Origin: Eledone cirrhosa
Taxonomy: Eukaryota
Reading direction: 5' to 3'
Length of the DNA: 64,000 nucleotides
NCBI GenBank assembly: GCA_964016885.1
Contig: OZ024745.1
Span: 41,912,001 to 41,976,000 of the forward strand
Shown here in pieces: positions 55,233-64,000 of this stretch. Below the pieces are notes generated by a model, which worked only from the letters and a program-made list of their open reading frames with translations, did no database searches and was not told where the DNA came from. The position numbers and the translations under genes were made by a program. Every line of letters begins with the position of its first letter. Within the stretch, counting starts at the first letter, position 1.

Positions 55233-55594
55233 AATGTATACATTTACAGGGATCAACTTCCAATTATTTAACATTTATTGAATATATATTCGTCTGCAAA
55301 ATGAAGTCAAATTTCACTATTCTCTAGTTGTATCAGTGGTTAGTTTGCTGGAGTATATGATTATTCTATGAAGGCATTTTTGCGGACAAAACAATTATTT
55401 GTTCACTGGGAAGCCTTAATCAAAATTTATGAAGTGAAATTCAAAATCACTTAATCCGGCAATAATTACAGGCATGCATTTTGTTCGGCATCAGAAACCG
55501 TGGTATGGAATCGTGGAATGAACCTCAGTCTGTTTTGATGGGGAGTGAAGAAGATGAGCATCCCAAGGATACATGACATATAGTTCTCAGAGTG

Positions 55595-55755
55595 ATATAC
55601 TGTGACACATTGCATGAGAGGGCTAGCCCTTTAAATTAGAGACCCAGCTCATTTTTGACAGCTGAGTGAACTGGTGCAACGCTAAATAAATTGCCTTACA
55701 CAAGGACACAACGCGACGCCAGGAATCGAACTCAGGACTTTACGATTGTGAGCCA
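55595..55755 (-). mobile_element. SINE family 2-related
   Basis: cagctgagtgaactggtgcaacg..caaggacacaacgcg..aggaatcgaactc. Confidence 0.65.
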
Positions 55756-56336
55756 GTCACTCTGAGGTATTAAAATAATGAGACCCAGAGAAGAATTCGT
55801 ATAGAATGGAATCTGCAAAGCATAACTGGCCATTTTGAAAGAATACGTAATGTTGTATAGAGCTGAAACGATGAATTCTTATTTTTATGTATGTAAGAAT
55901 TATCGATAAAACTCAGTTCATATTTAACATTATTGATTCCTAGCATTGGCAGAAGGCCACAGTAATATTTATTTATTTTTGAGGGTGGGGGTGTAGAGAA
56001 AGATCTTCGACCCCAGTACTTGACTGGTAATATTTAATCACCAGCGGAAGGATGGACGTCAAAGTTGACCACGGTGTGTTTTGAAATCAGAACATTACCT
56101 ATAAAGAATTACATGTTTTATTAAAGTGCAAATGGGTAAAATATTCTGTTATATTTTATTATATTTTGTATGTTTTTTTTTGTTGTTTTTTTTACAAACA
56201 TCCTGTTACTAATATATACACACACATACACACATCACGTTGCATTTAATAATTCTCTCCCGCTTCTCTCTCTCCATATATAGACATACGTGTGTGTGTG
56301 TGTGTATATATATATAAATATATATATACATATACA

Positions 56337-56521
56337 TGTTTCTACTTTAGGCACAAGGCCAACAATTACCCAGTACATTACTGGTACTTTATTTTATCGA
56401 CCCCGTAAGGATGAAAGGCAAAGTTAACCTCGGTGGGATTTGAACTCAGACTGTAAAGGGACGTAACTATGCTAGAAAGCATGGCGTCCAACCCTCTACC
56501 GATACTGCCAATTCACCGCCC
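56337..56521 (-). mobile_element. SINE family 1, full length
   Basis: Complete copy; the flanking tatatagacatacgtgtgtg.. block is duplicated on both sides. Confidence 0.88.
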
Positions 56522-56542
56522 TTTGTATATATATAGACATAC

Positions 56543-56575
<33 letters not shown>

Positions 56576-56669
56576 AATATATATATACATATAATAATAT
56601 ACATATATCTATCCATATATACTTGCACACTCACTAACATACACACGCACGTATATATGTTATACTGTC

Positions 56670-57330
<661 letters not shown>

Positions 57331-57419
57331 GGGAAGATGCACAAACAACGAAACAGAAAGACATAGTATAACATATATACGTGCGTGTGTATGTGAGTGA
57401 GTGTGCAAGTATGTAGTAT

Positions 57420-57554
<135 letters not shown>

Positions 57555-58033
57555 GTATGTTTGTGAGTCTGAGTGTGTGTGTGTGTGTGTGTGTGCGTGT
57601 GTGCATGCGTGTGTGTGAAAGGAAATGGATGTAGGTATGCGCATATATATATCTGTAAATCAGTAATTATATAATTGATACAAACATAAAAATGTTAACA
57701 GGTGTACACAGGTAATAACATCACAGAACACCTTATTTTCACGTCTTTAGATATCAACCGAAACTATATTTGCATAGAAGAAATTAATTTACAATGTATA
57801 ACTGGGGGGGAAAAAATGAATACGTTAAGCAAGACAATATTTAAATGTAAGAAAATATATATTGTATCATCAAACACATATATTCATACGCATATACACT
57901 CTCATCATCCACTAGACCACTACACACACATACACATACACACACACGCGTGCGCGCGCGCACAAACATATACTGAAGAAACATACGTCCCCAAATAGAA
58001 AAACCACACTCTATAGGTGTTGTATATACACAT

Positions 58034-58096
<63 letters not shown>

Positions 58097-58159
58097 ATAT
58101 TACATGTTAAAACTAGTAAGAGCATTAATTTTAGCCATCGGCATAGGATCCCATAATGC

Positions 58160-58212
<53 letters not shown>

Positions 58213-58229
58213 TTAATAACAATAATAAT

Positions 58230-58330
58230 GATTTCTTTATTAACCACAAGGGTTTACATAAAGTAGACATTAAGGACAGTGCAGGACAATACAGGACGGT
58301 ACAAATGGGCATTTCTGCGTGTAAAGAACA
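58230..58330. repeat. Short dispersed repeat starting tttctttatt..ccac.aggg (also ~62267-62340 and 63948-64000)
   Basis: Three copies begin with the same motif right after (TAA)n or (GATA)n; probably the 3' end of a retroelement on the minus strand. Confidence 0.5.
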
Positions 58331-58595
58331 AAAACAGAGGATGTAACAAAAAAATAACAATGAAAAATTCCCCAATAATAATGACAATAATATATGAGGT
58401 AAGTCAAATGAACGAAGTGGTTCGTTACAAAAGCAATTTTACAGGAGTAGGTAATAATTTCTTTCATTTCTTATTATCGAAGGGGGCACATTCAATTGGG
58501 ATTAACTATCTATATATTATACATGTAAAGTATAGTATAGGCTATATTATATAAGCATAATAGAACGTAATAATTGAGACTTACATATATATATA

Positions 58596-58646
<51 letters not shown>

Positions 58647-58675
58647 GTATATGTATATGTGTATATATGTGTGTG

Positions 58676-58744
<69 letters not shown>

Positions 58745-58775
58745 GCGTATATATATATGTGTATATATATATATG

Positions 58776-58830
<55 letters not shown>

Positions 58831-58974
58831 GTAAATATGTATATATGTATATATATATGTGTGTGTGTATATGTATGTATATATATATATGTATATATGT
58901 ATATATATACATATATATATATATATACATACATATACACACACATATATATATATACATATATACATATTTAC

Positions 58975-59011
<37 letters not shown>

Positions 59012-59203
59012 CATAGATATATATATATATATATATATCTATATATATGTATATATGTATATATATATATGTAAATATATATGTATACATATATTTATAT
59101 ATATGTGTATCCATATATATGTATGTATATATATATTAATATATATATGTATATATATGTATGTATGTATATATATAAATATATATGTATATATATATGT
59201 ATG

Positions 59204-59235
<32 letters not shown>

Positions 59236-59243
59236 TATTTATG

Positions 59244-59322
<79 letters not shown>

Positions 59323-59331
59323 TTATAAAAT

Positions 59332-59520
59332 AATTGTTTCTACTTTTGGCACAAGGCCAGCAATTACCCAGTACATTACTGGTATTTATTTTATCGACCC
59401 TGTAAGGATGAAAGGCAAAGTTAACCTCGGCGGGATTTGAACTCAGAATGGCAAGGGCCGTAACTCTATACGTCAAAGCATGGCGTCCGACCCTCTACCG
59501 ATACTGCCAATCCACCGCCC
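59332..59520 (-). mobile_element. SINE family 1, full length
   Basis: Complete copy ending ccaatccaccgccc. Confidence 0.88.
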
Positions 59521-59530
59521 TTTTATTTAT

Positions 59531-59766
59531 ATAATAATAATAATAAATTTGAAGACTAAAATCAAAAGAGGGTTCGATAACAATAAATATACATAAAACA
59601 TATAAGAGGCCTAGAGCAAATATTTATTAAAATAACAGATTAAAGTTTAAGCAAAGAATCGGTGCTTTCACCCTTAACGGGATCTTGTGAAACTGAATTT
59701 CAGAAGATCCCGTTAAGGGTGAAAGCAGCGATTCTTTGCTTAAAATTTAATCTGTTATTTTAATAA

Positions 59767-59770
<4 letters not shown>
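59531..59770 (-). mobile_element. Family A copy 3 with fold-back
   Basis: Arms meet at ~59693; the + arm carries CAGAAGA..GAAA..TT at 59698-59744. Confidence 0.85.
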
Positions 59771-59822
<52 letters not shown>

Positions 59823-59871
59823 ATATATATATGTGTATATATATATATATATGTGTATATATATATATATA

Positions 59872-59956
<85 letters not shown>

Positions 59957-59961
59957 ATATA

Positions 59962-60071
<110 letters not shown>

Positions 60072-60287
60072 TATGTGTGTGTATATATATATATATATAT
60101 ATAAATTTATCATTTTATATTGAAAAGAGACTTCTACAGGGTCAGAAGGGTTTCATTGGAATACAGTAATTCAGTTCTACTCCTGTATTAATTATTTCTG
60201 TATAAAATAAAAAGTAAAAGATGCCTATACTCTACCAATGTATTGAGACCCTTTTTTCACCTTGATTACCGCCCGAGAAGCTACATA

Positions 60288-60472
<185 letters not shown>

Positions 60473-60473
60473 T

Positions 60474-60504
<31 letters not shown>

Positions 60505-60646
60505 GGGGAGAAAGAGAGAGAGAGATATGTATACAATTACACACACACACAGACTCACACATATATATATATATACATACATATTATATGTATATACATA
60601 AGTATTTATATATGTATATATAAATTTGTAAATATATATATATATA

Positions 60647-60722
<76 letters not shown>

Positions 60723-60743
60723 GTATGTATGTATGTATGTATA

Positions 60744-60925
60744 TCAGAGAAGGTGTGGTAAAAACCAGCGAGACCATAACCCACCAGAGTGCTCTATACG
60801 TGGGGTAGTAGAATGGATGATATGAAAAGATTCAGGACCACGACGGGTGACCTCCGGCCGTTTCAACAGCTAGATCAGAGTTGTTCGGATGTAGCTGTTG
60901 AATCGGGTGTCGCTTTCCTGAAACT

Positions 60926-60930
<5 letters not shown>
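60744..60930 (-). mobile_element. Family B divergent copy with fold-back end
   Basis: gtggtaaaaaccag..gaccataacccaccagagt..gggtagtaga; ttcaacagcta / tagctgttgaa inverted. Confidence 0.6.
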
Positions 60931-61012
<82 letters not shown>

Positions 61013-61014
61013 AT

Positions 61015-61197
61015 AACGTTGTGTCTATATTATATCTGTATTTTTGACCGTTGGTCAGTCAATGGTAAACTTTGAGGACCGAATAAATTAAATTAACTGA
61101 TATAAAAGATACAGAAGCGAAAACCAACCAAACAGTGAGTGTGTTCTGTTATTAATGCTGGCAATATTATTACAACAATATGACCCTCCCCAAGTAT
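61015..61197 (+). mobile_element. Family C, 3' fragment
   Basis: Same 3' half ending tatgaccctccccaagtata. Confidence 0.78.
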
Positions 61198-61205
61198 ATT
61201 TATAT

Positions 61206-61638
<433 letters not shown>

Positions 61639-61855
61639 ATATTGAATAATATAGGCGATGATTATGAAAAATATTTGAAGGCCTCTCCCTATAAATTTGA
61701 AGGTGGTCACCTGCCGATGCTAGGTATGTGACGATTGTCACGACCTTAACATTCATAACGAAACGCCTTCAATTGTTTTTCATAAACATCCCGTATACTA
61801 TTCAATATAGAATAGAATACGTACATTTATATGTATATTACTACGTCGGAGCACC

Positions 61856-61890
<35 letters not shown>

Positions 61891-61899
61891 GCGCGCACA

Positions 61900-61985
<86 letters not shown>

Positions 61986-62177
61986 TACACACACACACAT
62001 ATATATATATGAATTGAAAAGTGAGAGCAGTGCTGTGTGGTTGCTAATAGATATTATTTTTAAAAACGTGGGAGAAACACAAACACAAAGACAAATCCCG
62101 CTCATCGGCTGTCTTCTGTGGATCACTGAGGGTCGAACGCAATATATATTATAATTATATATATATATATATGTGTG

Positions 62178-62265
<88 letters not shown>

Positions 62266-62442
62266 TGTTTCTTTTATTTGCCACTAGGGCATCAAAAGTG
62301 GGACAAGTACAAAGGGGGGAGTTTACACAAAAAGGCGTCCTCAATAAGGAGGAGGCAATAACAAAATATAAAAATAAAATAAGATATAACAAAAAATAAA
62401 AAAAAAAGATAGATAGATAGATAGATAGATTATATATGTGAG

Positions 62443-62486
<44 letters not shown>

Positions 62487-62540
62487 TATATAGAGATAGA
62501 TAGATGTATATATGTGTGTATGAACGTATGTGTGTGTGTA

Positions 62541-62666
62541 TCCCAGGGTCAACCGGAGGTATCCACAGTAAGTTACTCAATACATAGTAGACTATATACA
62601 ATATTTCTTGATGATTTCCATTGAATGGAACAGTTTTAGTCCTGTGGAAGCCATTCCCATATTAAA
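62541..62666 (-). mobile_element. Family D divergent copy
   Basis: cacagtaag.tactcaatac.tag and tagtcctgtggaagccatt shared with 43495-43613. Confidence 0.55.
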
Positions 62667-62673
62667 TATTATA

Positions 62674-62765
<92 letters not shown>

Positions 62766-62789
62766 TATAACATATATATATCATATATC

Positions 62790-62837
<48 letters not shown>

Positions 62838-62887
62838 ATATATATATACATAACATATATGTATATATAAATATATATATATTTATA

Positions 62888-62943
<56 letters not shown>

Positions 62944-62944
62944 C

Positions 62945-62995
<51 letters not shown>

Positions 62996-62999
62996 CATA

Positions 63000-63075
<76 letters not shown>

Positions 63076-63682
63076 GAGAGAGAGTATCGAACGACGATAT
63101 AAAATCAAATTTTATTATAGATAATGTATTGTTATTTAGCCAGAGGTCAGTTTTGACCATGAAGAGGTATGTTCGGAGTTATTCTAACAACTCATTTTAT
63201 ATCTAGGATCATATCGTGCCGTTTCTATTTTAAGAGAGTAGGACGCCATTTGTGAGGTTGTTGTTTTTAGCAGGTTGAGCGAACAAATATCGTCTCCATT
63301 TTTACCTAGAGATGTTATATATTATGTGTTTGGTTATAAATAGATCTTCAATGTTAGCATCTAATGATAATTCGCAAATGTTTAAGCGCTCACAAAATAT
63401 CGTACACACACGCACGCACGCACACGAGTGTGTTTCTATTGGTGTGTTGGTGAGCGAGAATAGGGGTGGGGGGGAGTGAGTGAGAAACAAAAGAAGGAGT
63501 CAGTGTTTGTTTTTTTGATGGTGAATGTACATATCATACGTGTAGATTAATTTAATGTTAATATGCATGCACGTATTGCCTATATGTATGTATCAGGATA
63601 TAAGATTTGTATACGAAGATCAGTCTATATGTGGGTGTGATTTTATGAAAAAAACAATTTTCTTTTCTCTCACACACACACA

Positions 63683-63769
<87 letters not shown>

Positions 63770-64000
63770 CGTTATTTATATATATTATATATACGTGTAT
63801 GTAATACAATTGAATATATGAGAGGGATGAATACCGATACAAGGATACATGGTTCGAATTGCAAATGACCAAGTTAGCTAGGTTGTAAAAGACTATTTTG
63901 AGTTTCTAACTCAATATATGATACACATATGTATATTGATAGATATCTTTCTTTATTTGCCACAGGGGCGTACAAAAATAGGACATTACAAGACGTGACG

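Overview
Eukaryotic, very AT-rich, microsatellite-dense DNA. The SINE, LINE and microsatellite make-up resembles an octopod cephalopod genome (inference from repeat families, not verified). No intact host protein-coding gene can be supported, and almost all ORFs in the supplied track are translations of (TA)n, (CA)n or (GA)n microsatellites. Recognisable content: decayed LINE fragments (RTE, CR1-like, R4/Dong-like), two tRNA-derived SINE families in many copies, Tc1/mariner-type elements, and a 4.57-kb hAT/Charlie-type element with an 8-bp TSD whose interior is a 45-bp and a 34-bp tandem array. The main hidden signal is a community of roughly ten unrelated short non-coding elements in (TA)n tracts. 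They share one architecture: an inverted (fold-back) 5' copy, a type I hammerhead ribozyme motif, and a unique 3' tail. Several hammerheads are complete, including one with a compensatory C3U/G8A core change and one family with a fixed U4A core. This fits Penelope-like retroelement pseudo-LTR remnants or non-autonomous retrozymes. All structures were read by eye; no searches or folding programs were run.
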